A DNA stretch of 64,000 nt from Myxococcota bacterium (GTDB taxonomy: Bacteria > Myxococcota_A > SURF-8), in NCBI GenBank assembly GCA_965140415.1, contig OZ223209.1:4000001-4064000 (forward strand), given 5' to 3'. Below, one piece after another: positions 31,186-41,360 of the stretch (positions are counted from its first letter, which is position 1; each line of letters begins with the position of its first letter). The position numbers and the translations under genes are program-made. The notes beneath the pieces were generated by a model, which had not been told where the DNA came from, did not search any database, and saw nothing but the letters and a program-made list of their open reading frames with translations.

Positions 31186-31199
31186 CCTGCAAGGCTACC

Positions 31200-32774
31200 C
31201 TACGGATAACTGAAGCCCTGCGTGTTTCCTTGTCCAAAGGGAGTTTCCTTTTCCGATGGCTCCAACAGTCCGGCAAAGGGCGGGTAGGCTTCGCCTGCGC
31301 CTAGGCGCACCTGTCCGGCAGGTCGCACTCGGATTGCGGCAACTCCTTCCACCGGGCAGCTATGCTCGCATTGACCGCAGCCGTTGCACCGCGTTTCGTT
31401 GACGACCGGGCGACGGTCGCCGTTTTCAACTTCCACCCAATCGATCGCGCCGTAGGTGCAGTGCTCGTCGCAGACCAGACAGACCCGCCCGCGCTCGTAA
31501 ACCACGCAGCGCATCGGATCGAGAATGGCGTTACCGATACGAGCCGATTTCTTTTGAATCAGATCCAGTGCCCGGATGGCGTCGGTCGGGCAGACTTGCC
31601 CGCAGCCGTTGCAGTTCTGATCGCAAGCGCCCAGGCGCATCGTCGGCACCGGCGTCATGAATCCGGCAGCCCCGGCTTCGGTCAGCGCCGGTTGCAGGCA
31701 GCCGGTCGGACAGGCTTTGATACACTGCCCACAACGCACACAGGTGGCCAGGAAATCGTCCTCGGGGATAGCTCCAGGCGGACGCAAAGCCTTATCGGAA
31801 ATCAGCCTGCGAGCCGGATTGAGCGCCAGCCAGCTTGCCGTCAAGGCCCCACCACCGATCCAACCCAGCGCCTGCCTGCGCGACAGATCGGTGCTTGGAT
31901 TCAAGCCGGTTTTGGATAAGCTCGGGTTAAAACTGGTCACATTCAGGTGGCAATCCGTCACGCAGCGCCCGCACTGGATGCACTCGGCGCTATCATAACC
32001 ATGATAATCATGCGGATCGATGGCTCCGGTTTCGCAGGTTTGCGAACACTTGCCATCTTTATCGCAGGCGTTCGTCACCTGTCGCCGGAAAAGCGACACA
32101 CGCGCGGGAACGGCCAGTAGCGCCCCCAGGGGACAGAGATGGCGGCACCAGAAACGGTGCTGATAGCGCCCCAACCAAAGCAGGGTAATGAAAAACAGCA
32201 ATGACAACAAACCCAGAAAACCGAATACCGGCTGCTCGAATTCGGCACGCGCCAGATTCATCCAGCCCAGCCATTCGAAAACCGGGCGAAGCAGATCCAG
32301 CGAAAGGTTCAATAGCGACGACAACAGCGGCCAGACACCCAACGTCAGGATGCGCGTAATCCAACTGATCGGATCGGCCAGATAAGCCAGCGCCTGCCCG
32401 AACAGGGCGGCGGCAAGAATGGCAAGCAGCAACCCGTACTTTAAAAAACGCAAGCGCCGGGCATGATTGGGCCATTTTCTGCGCTTGCCTCGCGTGAAGA
32501 ACAGATCGTCGCCCACTTCCAGGCAGGTCCCCATGGGACAGATCCAGCCGCAGAAAAACCTTCCCAGCACTACTGTCAGCACCAGCATACCCACACCGTA
32601 ACTCAGTGCGGGAAGCCAGCTTCTGGCGGCGATGCTTGCCTGTAACGACAGCAGCGGGTCGATTTTCAGAAACGCATCCTGCACTGCCACCGGAGAAGGC
32701 GGCCAGCGCGTCAACGCAATCAAGGTCACGAATAGCGCCAAAAGCAGCAGTTGGATAATACGACGCAGGCTCAT
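31200..32774 (-). CDS. Membrane polyferredoxin (NapH/MauN-type TM domain plus MauM/NapG-type 4Fe-4S domain)
   Basis: GRFFCGWICPMG, WCRHLCPLGA, LRPPGA, multiple CxxCxxCxxxCP. Confidence 0.9.
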   Translation of the reverse strand: MSLRRIIQLLLLALFVTLIALTRWPPSPVAVQDAFLKIDPLLSLQASIAARSWLPALSYGVGMLVLTVVLGRFFCGWICPMGTCLEVGDDLFFTRGKRRKWPNHARRLRFLKYGLLLAILAAALFGQALAYLADPISWITRILTLGVWPLLSSLLNLSLDLLRPVFEWLGWMNLARAEFEQPVFGFLGLLSLLFFITLLWLGRYQHRFWCRHLCPLGALLAVPARVSLFRRQVTNACDKDGKCSQTCETGAIDPHDYHGYDSAECIQCGRCVTDCHLNVTSFNPSLSKTGLNPSTDLSRRQALGWIGGGALTASWLALNPARRLISDKALRPPGAIPEDDFLATCVRCGQCIKACPTGCLQPALTEAGAAGFMTPVPTMRLGACDQNCNGCGQVCPTDAIRALDLIQKKSARIGNAILDPMRCVVYERGRVCLVCDEHCTYGAIDWVEVENGDRRPVVNETRCNGCGQCEHSCPVEGVAAIRVRPAGQVRLGAGEAYPPFAGLLEPSEKETPFGQGNTQGFSYP

Positions 32775-33738
32775 GCCGTCATCTTATGTATGTTTAGTTT
32801 TGCAAGATCGTAGCTGCCTATGCCACGAGAAGCAGCATCGACCAGATATTTGATATCCGCCGGCTTGTAGCCCTCGCCTCCGAAAGGCGCAAGCGTCAGG
32901 CCATAGGCATCCAGTGCCACCGGATCGATACCCGCAACGATCGTGTTCAGCGCTTCCACTTTCCCAGGTCCACCGGGACCGCCGGTCACCAGCGCACGGG
33001 TAGCATCCAACAGCGTGAGCTTGGGACGAATAAAGGTGGATATATCGGCAATGGCGGTATTGAGATCGTGCCAGAAATGCCAGCTCTTGCGATCCTCGAC
33101 CACGCCCATCCAGTTTTTCATACCAAAGGACACCTTCGCCGAACCATGGGACTTGGCCACCGGTAAATTGATGATGCAGTCCGACTCCATGATATCGCGG
33201 GCAACCTTGATTTTCTTCAGCGTCTTGCCGCCGGGAATCGTGACCTCTTTAAAGAAGGTCTCTCGCTGAATGACGTATACGAAGGTATCGTCCACGCCCT
33301 TCATCATGTCCTTGACCCCGCAGATATCCAGCGCGATATCGGGTTTATGACAGGGATAGTCGTAGATCAGCACCCGCTTGGCCCCAGCAGAAAGCGCCTG
33401 TTCGGCCACAGCCCGAACCACGCGCGGATCGGTTGTCGTCGCCGCTTCGGGTTTGTTGGCAAATCCCATATTCGGCTTGATCGTGACCACATCGCCCTTG
33501 GAAACAAAACGACCGATACCGCCCATGGCGTCGATAGCCGCACGCACGTTCTTGGCAGGATCGGCACCGACGACGACAGCCAGATCGGGTTTACCTGCCG
33601 CCTTCAAGGCGGATTTCACCGCCGCCTGTTCCGCCGGTTTCAACGGAACATTTTCCGCCGCCTGCAACAATCCAGGGAACCCGGCAAGCAATCCGCCGCC
33701 GCCAACAACTTGATGGCTTCTCTTCGTGACAGTTTCAT
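32771..33738 (-). CDS. DUF362 domain protein with Tat signal; one-base frameshift near the 5' end
   Basis: VTIKPN, INLPVAKSH, GMKNWMG; RBS-ATG 33738 MKLSRREAIK is out of frame with the main ORF (968 nt total). Confidence 0.8.
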
Positions 33739-33932
33739 GATGACACCCTCTTTGCTGGTTTGATGGACTCTTTTAGGAACCGCTAAATGATTCAAACCCT
33801 ATTTCGAACTGAGTTCATTCGTATTGTAACGGATTCGCGTTTCCGGGAAAAGGGGTAAAATCATAGGGCAGGCATCACCTCCCTCTGCTATACTGGCTTT
33901 ATCAATTTCTGCATGATGGAAAGGAAAACGAG

Positions 33933-34325
33933 ATGCCCGAATCGATTCGTATTCTGGTGGAAGGGCAGAACATTCAAGCCGACCGAGGCATCATCATCGC
34001 CCCAGTGCAGGCGTTGGAAAACCAGGCGCTGGTCCGCTGTCTGACCGGTGGGGAAGCCTCTTCAGGCAAGCACATCGCCTACTCACTGGCTCAAATCGCC
34101 ATCGAGCGCCATATGGACGGCGAACTGCAAGCCCATCTCGTTGCACCCGAAACCCCGATCCGGATCATCGCCGATGGTGAATCGATTGCCTGCGAAGAAG
34201 GTCTGCTCATCGCCTGGACCGAGGAGGACATTCAGCTTTGGGCCCACGAAAAGTGCGACGTTCGCGACCTGTTAAAGGTCGTTCATCGCGCCTGCACGCG
34301 CTGGATTCGTCTGGATGTTCGCTAA
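33933..34325 (+). CDS. Hypothetical protein
   Basis: 130-aa ORF with AAGGA RBS and typical codon use. Confidence 0.7.
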   Translation: MPESIRILVEGQNIQADRGIIIAPVQALENQALVRCLTGGEASSGKHIAYSLAQIAIERHMDGELQAHLVAPETPIRIIADGESIACEEGLLIAWTEEDIQLWAHEKCDVRDLLKVVHRACTRWIRLDVR

Positions 34326-34492
34326 GTTGCAACTCGGCAACTCGTTCCCCAAATCAACAAACCACCGAAAAATCCCCAGCCGCACGGAAGACATTCCGAA
34401 TATTATTCGGTCCTGCTGCCATATTCCGACCTTAAGACCGTTTTTTAGACGGCTTTTTCATGATATTTTTTTCATTTATTCGGAATCTTTCC

Positions 34493-34676
34493 TTGACGCC
34501 GTAAATCAAATCCGCTAGCGTAAGCCCTCATTTTGCAGGCGATCCGGCCAGAACTCGTAACAATATCCGGTGCCCCTGCATCGTAGCGTTCGACTTTCGC
34601 GATACAGAAGACGGAGGGGGATTCGCAGTTTCCACCTCGTTCACTGCTTCGCATTGACCATCATGGAGAAAACAAC
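34493..34676 (+). promoter_or_regulatory. Promoter and ~150-nt structured leader of metY-metX-hom (possible riboswitch)
   Basis: TTGACG-17-TAGCGT, then several stem-loops before the GGAG RBS. Confidence 0.45.
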
Positions 34677-35924
34677 ATGTCCGACAAACATCCCCTTGGT
34701 TTTGCCACACGTGCACTGCACGCCGGATACGATCCCGCTCAGCACAATCAGTCGCGCCAGACGCCGCTTTATCAGACCACCGCTTATTGTTTCGAAGATG
34801 CCGACCACGCCGCCCAGTTGTTCAAGCTGCAACAATCCGGCTATATCTATTCGCGCATCAATAACCCCACCCTGGATGTACTCGAGCAACGCATTTCCGC
34901 ACTGGAAAACGGTTCGATGGCGGTTGCCTTTGCCAGCGGTATGGCGGCGGTTTCCTCCGCTATATTGACAATCCTGCACGCCGGAGATGAGATCGTCTCC
35001 AGCGCTTCGCTGTATGGCGGCACCTATAATCTGTTCGCCACCACCCTGCCCCGCTACGGCATCACGACCCATTTTGCCAAAGCCGCCGATACTGAAAGTT
35101 TCAGAGAGGCCATCACGCCGAAAACAAAAGCCCTGTATTGCGAAACCATCGGCAACCCAGCCATCGATATTCCCGATCTGGCCGCGCTGGCCGAACTGGC
35201 GCATGAGCATGAGATTCCGCTGTTCGTGGATAACACCACCGCAACTCCGTATTTATGCCGTCCCATCGAACACGGTGCAGACGTGGTGATCCATTCGGCC
35301 AGCAAGTTTATCGGTGGGCATGGCGGCTCGATGGGCGGACTTGTAACGGCGGGAGGAAATTTCAACTGGGTCAAGTCGTTCCCGTTTTTGGAAGACTACC
35401 AGGATTTCGAGTCGCCCTACATCATGGCATTACGCCTCGACATTCTCAGAGATTTAGGCGGAGCGATGGCGCCTTTCAACGCCTACCTGATGATCCAGGG
35501 CTTGGAAACGCTGGCGCTGCGCATGAAGCAGCATTGCCAAAATACAGAGATCGTCGCCCGTTGGCTGGCGGAGCGAGAAGAAGTGGACTACGTCAACTAT
35601 CCGATTTTCGAGGATCACCCTACCCGTAAAAACGCGAAACGCTACCTGCCCCAGGGCTGCTCTGCGCTACTCTCTTTTGGGCTGAAGGGTGGATACGATG
35701 CAGGCAAAAACCTGGTGAACCGAGTGAAGATGATTCATCACCTGGCCAATCTGGGCGACACCAAAAGTCTGATCCTGCATCCGGCCTCGACTTCACATGA
35801 GTTGTTGACGCCCGAGCAGCGACTGGCGGCGGGGGTACCGGATGAACTGATCCGCCTAAGCGTCGGCATCGAAGACGTACAAGACATCCTTAACGATCTG
35901 GAACAAGGGTTGCACCGTGACTGA
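34677..35924 (+). CDS. metY: O-acetylhomoserine aminocarboxypropyltransferase (sulfhydrylase)
   Basis: YIYSRINNPT, HSASKFIGGHG PLP lysine, ANLGDTKSL.HPASTSH, RLSVGIE. Confidence 0.93.
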   Translation: MSDKHPLGFATRALHAGYDPAQHNQSRQTPLYQTTAYCFEDADHAAQLFKLQQSGYIYSRINNPTLDVLEQRISALENGSMAVAFASGMAAVSSAILTILHAGDEIVSSASLYGGTYNLFATTLPRYGITTHFAKAADTESFREAITPKTKALYCETIGNPAIDIPDLAALAELAHEHEIPLFVDNTTATPYLCRPIEHGADVVIHSASKFIGGHGGSMGGLVTAGGNFNWVKSFPFLEDYQDFESPYIMALRLDILRDLGGAMAPFNAYLMIQGLETLALRMKQHCQNTEIVARWLAEREEVDYVNYPIFEDHPTRKNAKRYLPQGCSALLSFGLKGGYDAGKNLVNRVKMIHHLANLGDTKSLILHPASTSHELLTPEQRLAAGVPDELIRLSVGIEDVQDILNDLEQGLHRD

Positions 35925-37065
35925 CAGACCGCTGATTCTTTATGCCGATAACCGCCCCGCGCCCAATCAGGCCGGGCGTTTGGCCACCAACCGCCTGCAC
36001 AAATGCAACCTCGGTCGTTATACGACCGAAGCAGGAGAGGAAATCGTCAATCTTCAGGTGGCCTACCGTGTATTCGGCACACCCTCGCCCACACGCGACA
36101 ACCTCGTGCTGGTCTTTCACGCCCTCACCGGTGACGCCAACTGCGCCGGTTACGACGACACGGACGGTCACAACCCAGGCTGGTGGGAGGGCGTTTTTTC
36201 ACCGGCAGCCGCGCTGGATCTGTCAACAACCTGCGTGATCTGTCCCAACCATCCCGGCAGTTGCTACGGTTCCAGCGGTCCGTTGGATCGCGCAGTGGGA
36301 AACACAAGACCCATCGGCCTGGATTTTCCGGAGTTGACCTCGCGCGATCTGGCATTAATCCACCGGGAATTGATTCGCTATCTTGGAATCGAACGTTTAA
36401 AAGCGGTGATCGGAGGTTCGCTTGGCGGCATGGCGGCCCTGGAATGGGCCATCGAATGTCCCGGGCTGGCGGAAAAGGTCGTCGTCATCGCCGCCCCAGC
36501 CAAAAGCAGCGCCCAGGCGCTGGCCTTCAATCATTTGCAAAAGAAATGCTTCGAGTTGGACCCCAGTTTCAAGCAGGGACGCTATCACGACGGTCCCCGG
36601 CCTACGCTGGCACTGGCACTGGCGCGGCAGATCGGCATGGTGACCTATCGCAACCCGGAAGAATTCGAAGGACGGTTCGGACGCACCCTGCACGAACAGC
36701 GAAAAGACGCGCGCACCTACGAAATCCAGAATTACCTGGATTATCAGGGCAGCAAGCTCGTGCAACGCTTCGATGCAAATAGTTACGTCAAGCTGCTTTC
36801 CGTGCTCGACGAGCATGACATCTCTCGCAATCGCGGTAGCCGCAAGCAAGCGCTACAACGTATCTCCGACAAGCTATTGTGCGTCGGTATCGACTCCGAC
36901 ATTCTGTATACGGCCAAGGAGGTCAAGGAGTTGTATGAACTAGCACGTCAATGCGGCGTGCAGGCGCACTACGGGGAGTTGATCTCCATTCACGGGCACG
37001 ACAGTTTTTTAATCGAATACGAGCAGCTAAACCAACTGCTGACGGAATTTCTAAAAAGCGATTGA
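35917..37065 (+). CDS. metX: Homoserine O-acetyltransferase
   Basis: HALTGD, GWW, GGSLGGM, RFDANSY, HGHDSFL. Confidence 0.93.
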   Translation: MTDRPLILYADNRPAPNQAGRLATNRLHKCNLGRYTTEAGEEIVNLQVAYRVFGTPSPTRDNLVLVFHALTGDANCAGYDDTDGHNPGWWEGVFSPAAALDLSTTCVICPNHPGSCYGSSGPLDRAVGNTRPIGLDFPELTSRDLALIHRELIRYLGIERLKAVIGGSLGGMAALEWAIECPGLAEKVVVIAAPAKSSAQALAFNHLQKKCFELDPSFKQGRYHDGPRPTLALALARQIGMVTYRNPEEFEGRFGRTLHEQRKDARTYEIQNYLDYQGSKLVQRFDANSYVKLLSVLDEHDISRNRGSRKQALQRISDKLLCVGIDSDILYTAKEVKELYELARQCGVQAHYGELISIHGHDSFLIEYEQLNQLLTEFLKSD

Positions 37066-37107
37066 AGCAACAATCAATAATCCACTGGAATCTAAACGAG
37101 GAAAATC

Positions 37108-38391
37108 ATGGCAAAGACGATCAAGCTGGGACTGTTCGGACTGGGCACCGTAGGCGCGGGGCTGGTGAATATCATCGAGCGCCGGAAGGCGGAGTTACTG
37201 GATCAGGCGGGCATCGACCTACAGATTTCGCGCGTTCTGGTACGCAATCCATCTCGCAAACGCGCCTGCCCTACCGATGGCCTGCGCTTGACCACCCGCC
37301 CCGAAGACCTGTTTCAGGATGACAGTATCGACCTGTTTGTGGAATTGATCGGCGGCACCGAAGACGCCCGGCGCATCGTGGAAACCGGGTTACAAAAAGG
37401 TAAAGCGGTCGTTACAGCCAATAAGGCGCTTATCGCTACCAGCGGCCCGGAGTTGATGTCGTTGGCGCGCTTAAAGAACGTGCCCTTCTTCGCCGAAGCC
37501 AGTGTCGGCGGCGGCATTCCAATCCTAAAAGCCCTGCGTGAAAGCCTGGTAGCCAATGAGATCATGGCAATTTCGGCAATCATCAACGGCACCACCAACT
37601 TCATCCTCACACAAATGGAAGAAGAAGGTCTGAGCTATTACGAAGCCCTGAAACTGGCTGGAGAAAAAGGATTCGCCGAAGCGGACCCGACGCTGGACGT
37701 CGAAGGCATCGACGCACAGCAGAAGCTTTTGATCATGGCGGCGCATATCTGCGGCGGCGTCTTTCCGCAGGGCAAGATTCTATGCGAAGGCATCACCCAG
37801 CTTTCCGACTCGGACTTCCGCTTCGCTCACAAGCACGGCATGACCATCAAGCTGCTGGCACTGGCGCGGCGGCGCGGCACGGACTTGGAGTTGCGCGTAC
37901 ATCCCACCTTGATTTCACAGAAACATCCCCTGGCCAGCGTGCGCAATGAATTCAATGCGGTACTGCTGCACGGCGACGCGGTGGGCGAAGTCATGCTGGC
38001 CGGGCGTGGTGCAGGCGGGATGCCAACCGCCAGCGCCGTCTATGCGGATATCGTGGATATCTGCACACGCACGACCATCCTGGGCCAACCGGAATCGGCC
38101 ATACAACCGCTACGGATTTTGGAGCCGGAAAAGATCGAAAGTGAGTATTACCTGTGCTTCACGGTAGAGGACAAGCCGGGCGTGATCGGCGATGTCACCG
38201 CCATTCTGGGCCGACACGACATTTCGGTGCGCTCGGTTGGCGCGGAACTGATTCCCAATGTACCGGAACTGGGTTTGCTGGAAATCATCCTGCACAAATC
38301 AAGCGAGGCACAGGTACGAAAAGCGGTAGACGAAATCAATCGCCTGCCGCGCATCATCGGAGACGGCAAGTTCATTCGAATCGAGAGGTAG
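37108..38391 (+). CDS. hom: Homoserine dehydrogenase with ACT domain
   Basis: GLGTVG, TANKA, EASVGGGIP, NGTTNFIL, AEADP, GAGGMPTASAV. Confidence 0.96.
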   Translation: MAKTIKLGLFGLGTVGAGLVNIIERRKAELLDQAGIDLQISRVLVRNPSRKRACPTDGLRLTTRPEDLFQDDSIDLFVELIGGTEDARRIVETGLQKGKAVVTANKALIATSGPELMSLARLKNVPFFAEASVGGGIPILKALRESLVANEIMAISAIINGTTNFILTQMEEEGLSYYEALKLAGEKGFAEADPTLDVEGIDAQQKLLIMAAHICGGVFPQGKILCEGITQLSDSDFRFAHKHGMTIKLLALARRRGTDLELRVHPTLISQKHPLASVRNEFNAVLLHGDAVGEVMLAGRGAGGMPTASAVYADIVDICTRTTILGQPESAIQPLRILEPEKIESEYYLCFTVEDKPGVIGDVTAILGRHDISVRSVGAELIPNVPELGLLEIILHKSSEAQVRKAVDEINRLPRIIGDGKFIRIER

Positions 38392-38415
38392 CAAATAAGC
38401 ACTGCTAAAGCACAA

Positions 38416-38448
38416 AGGCCCGAAGGCAAAAACCTTCGGGCCTGTTTT
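38416..38448. terminator. Intrinsic terminator after hom
   Basis: AGGCCCGAAGG-CAAAAA-CCTTCGGGCCT-GTTTT. Confidence 0.8.
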
Positions 38449-38466
38449 ATTGTGCGAATACGATAA

Positions 38467-39744
38467 CTATTGGCGCTCGAAGAGCACGTCGAAATCGATC
38501 TGGCAATCACCACCTGCAATATCCTGCACGTTGGTCAGATACACATGGGCTTCGCCAACTCCCTGATCGCCGCTGAACGTCACAATCGCCGTCTCCGTGG
38601 AAACGACATCCATGGTCTGGATGTTGGTTTCGCAGGTGATTTCCGTGTTACCACGAAACACACCGAACAAGCTGTCATCTGCGTTCAGGTCGCATTCTCC
38701 CTGAATATATAGAGGTTCGGGACCGGTGATTTCCACATTATCGATAATGGCACGCGGGTCGAAATTGCCGATGATCGGATCGCAGGTCGTCGCGGTGGTC
38801 GTCAATGTCCGTTTCCACTGACCGGAGGTATCGAAGCTGACCGCTGCCGAATTGTCACAGGCGGGCAGGAAGCACTCGCCATCGCCCCACCAGGGGCTGC
38901 TGGGCGGCCATTCGTCGCCATCGCCGTCAGTCACATCACCATCTTGATCGCCGTCGGGAGCATCACCATCGGGTATATCGCCGTCCGGCACATCGCCGTC
39001 CGTCCCTTCACCCTCTTCGTCAAGATCGCCATCGGGACCGGTGTAGGGTTCGATGACGATATCGAAATCGATGTAGCAGTCTTGTCCTCCGACTTCGGGA
39101 ACGTTGACCAAAAAGACTTTTGCCGTTCCTTCCGCCCGATCGCCGTTCCAGGTGAACTGGGCCGTTTCCAGGCTGGTGACATCCATATCCTGCAAGTTGG
39201 TCTGGCAGGTGATTTCGTCGTTACCCAGCAGGATACCGATCACTTCGCCATCTTCGACCAGGCATTCGCCCTGGAATTCCATTTCCGCCGGGGGATATTT
39301 ATGAATGTGGCCAACGTTGGCCAGTTCGTTTACCTGGGCGATTATATCGCTGCAATCGGTGGCGGTTGTCTCGACAGTGCGCTGATAGCGACCGGTGAAC
39401 GTAACGCTCGGTGTCGTGTCGGTGTGACATTGCGGCAACACACAAACGCCGCAGGCTCGATCCCACCATTCCTCGGCGGGCGGGAAGTCGTTGGCATCGG
39501 CGTAATCGGTATTGGCGGGCTTGCATTGCACTTCGCCGTCGGTATCGCCGTCGGTCTCCAGATCTCCATCGGGAGTATCACCGTCGGGAGTATCTCCATC
39601 CGGTGCATCTTCATCACCTGCGAGATCACCGTCGGTGTCGGTATCGCCATCGGTATCGATGGGATCGTCATCGCCGCCGCAGGAACTGAGCGCAAAGGCG
39701 TTGGTCAGTACGAGTAGTAAAATTAGAAAAAGAAACTTCTTCAT
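38467..39744 (-). CDS. Lipoprotein with DGD tracts and two tandem homologous Cys-containing domains
   Basis: Lipobox LSSC; duplicated WW..C.LP.C, TTAT.C, GEC, EITC.TN, DC.IDFD; GGAGG RBS. Confidence 0.85.
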   Translation of the reverse strand: MKKFLFLILLLVLTNAFALSSCGGDDDPIDTDGDTDTDGDLAGDEDAPDGDTPDGDTPDGDLETDGDTDGEVQCKPANTDYADANDFPPAEEWWDRACGVCVLPQCHTDTTPSVTFTGRYQRTVETTATDCSDIIAQVNELANVGHIHKYPPAEMEFQGECLVEDGEVIGILLGNDEITCQTNLQDMDVTSLETAQFTWNGDRAEGTAKVFLVNVPEVGGQDCYIDFDIVIEPYTGPDGDLDEEGEGTDGDVPDGDIPDGDAPDGDQDGDVTDGDGDEWPPSSPWWGDGECFLPACDNSAAVSFDTSGQWKRTLTTTATTCDPIIGNFDPRAIIDNVEITGPEPLYIQGECDLNADDSLFGVFRGNTEITCETNIQTMDVVSTETAIVTFSGDQGVGEAHVYLTNVQDIAGGDCQIDFDVLFERQ

Positions 39745-39976
39745 CTGCATCCTCCATAAACAACCGTTGTGATGGTTATCCCTTGTGGTGAGCCATTGTG
39801 TCCCAATACTCGAAAATCGCATGAATCCTAGCATGAAATGGAAAAATTGTCTATCGCAACTTGACGTAGTTCGAAGCGGTTTTTAATTCGGACCATATAC
39901 GAAAAAACCGGTGGCGATTCAAAGCCCGCGCACCGGCATCGTTACCCGAATGGGTAGCTACTTCATTCTCTACAGA

Positions 39977-40822
39977 TCAATACTCGTACCAGCCTTTTCC
40001 GGTTTTACGACCGAAATGTCCTGCGTCCACACGCTCGTTAAAAGCACCGGCCAGCTTGAAGCGGTCGCCGTAGGCTTCGGTCAAGGTGGCGTGTACATGC
40101 TGCAACAGATCCAGGCTGACATTGTCGCTCAAGCGCAAGGGACCGACCGGATGTCCCAGGCCCAGTTTGCAGGCGGTGTCAATGGCTTCGATATCGGCTA
40201 CACCTTCATCCACCAGGCGATAGGCTTCCGCCATCATCGCACACAGAATACGGTTGACGACAAAGCCTTCCACATTCTTGACCTTGATCGGGGTCTTGCC
40301 GATCATTTTGCAGAATTCGGTGCCAAGCTCTACACTCTGCTCGGTAGACAACAGACCGGGAATGACTTCCACAAGCTGCATAATCGAAGCCGGAGAGAAG
40401 AAGTGCAAACCGATAAAGTTTTCCGGACGCGCCGCTTTGCCCAGCTTGGTGATGGAAATCGAGGACGTATTCGAGGCGAATACGCATTCGGGCTTGCACA
40501 CGGTATCCAGTTCTTTGTAAGCCGCGTGTTTGATATCCAGGTTTTCCAGAATCGCTTCAACCACGATGTCCACATCGCTGAAGCTGTCGTAGCTGTCTAC
40601 CGGATGCACCAGCGCCAGGATTTCATCCTTTTTGGCGGCTTCCAGTTTGCCTTTTTCCACTTGCTTGCTCAGAATCTTATCGATGCGTTGCTTGCCTTTT
40701 TCGGCCAGCTCAAGGCTGATTTCTTTCATTTCCACTTCAAGTCCGACACGGGCGCAACAAAGCGAGATTTCCGCACCCATCATACCAGCTCCCAAAATAC
40801 CAACCTTTTTAATTTCCGCCAT
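39977..40822 (-). CDS. hbd: 3-hydroxybutyryl/3-hydroxyacyl-CoA dehydrogenase
   Basis: GAGMMG, VEAILENLDIK, ASNTSS, GLHFF, GFVVNR, GRKTGKGWY. Confidence 0.9.
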   Translation of the reverse strand: MAEIKKVGILGAGMMGAEISLCCARVGLEVEMKEISLELAEKGKQRIDKILSKQVEKGKLEAAKKDEILALVHPVDSYDSFSDVDIVVEAILENLDIKHAAYKELDTVCKPECVFASNTSSISITKLGKAARPENFIGLHFFSPASIMQLVEVIPGLLSTEQSVELGTEFCKMIGKTPIKVKNVEGFVVNRILCAMMAEAYRLVDEGVADIEAIDTACKLGLGHPVGPLRLSDNVSLDLLQHVHATLTEAYGDRFKLAGAFNERVDAGHFGRKTGKGWYEY

Positions 40823-41113
40823 AATCCAGTCCTTTCTGCGTGGAGTATAGAAATGCGGAGTTCCCCGCAATTCAAACATTCCCAAAGCGGCTCATCCGGC
40901 TGCACCGGGTATACCGTCTGTAGGATTCCCATTTTGTTGACTGCCGCCTGAAGGCAACTTGCCCGAGACGGTGTAAAAATGGTTTACCTTTCCTGCGGCG
41001 ACTTTGCAAGATTTAAATAAAGAGTTGCAAATCAAGCTTGAATAAACCGGATTTTTTGGGGTTCAACTCCCAATTCCGGCGAGCTTGCTCGGTTTGAATA
41101 AACAGTGGTGGTC

Positions 41114-41292
41114 GCTTCCTCTTCCCTTCCCCGACGGAGCCGCCTCGCATCATGAGGCTTGAATAACCGGGGTACTAGCGGGCGGCCGTCAAGGCCGGAG
41201 CAACGCGACGTTCATATAGCCTTGACGGCGGCTCGCGCCCCGGTACAAGCCACAGATGATGCGTGGCAGGTAACGGAAGGCGGAAGGGAAGC
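41114..41292. other. 179-nt imperfect rod-like inverted repeat
   Basis: Nested arms GCTTCC/GGAAGC, CGCATCAT/ATGATGCG, GGCTTG/CAAGCC, ACCGGGG/CCCCGGT, GCCGTCAAGGC/GCCTTGACGGC. Confidence 0.8.
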
Positions 41293-41360
41293 CCTTCCTT
41301 GATGGTGGGCCCTGTGGATTTCTATCCGCCCGTTTCCCTCCCCGCTTTTGGGATCGGAAC

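Noticed and set aside
34533-34586. Possible leader peptide (TTG...TAG) before metY
   Set aside because: No RBS and no run of Met/Cys/Thr codons
41020-41170. TTGAATAAAC repeats at ~60-nt spacing resembling CRISPR repeat ends
   Set aside because: Only 8-10 nt shared, upstream parts differ, spacing irregular, no cas genes
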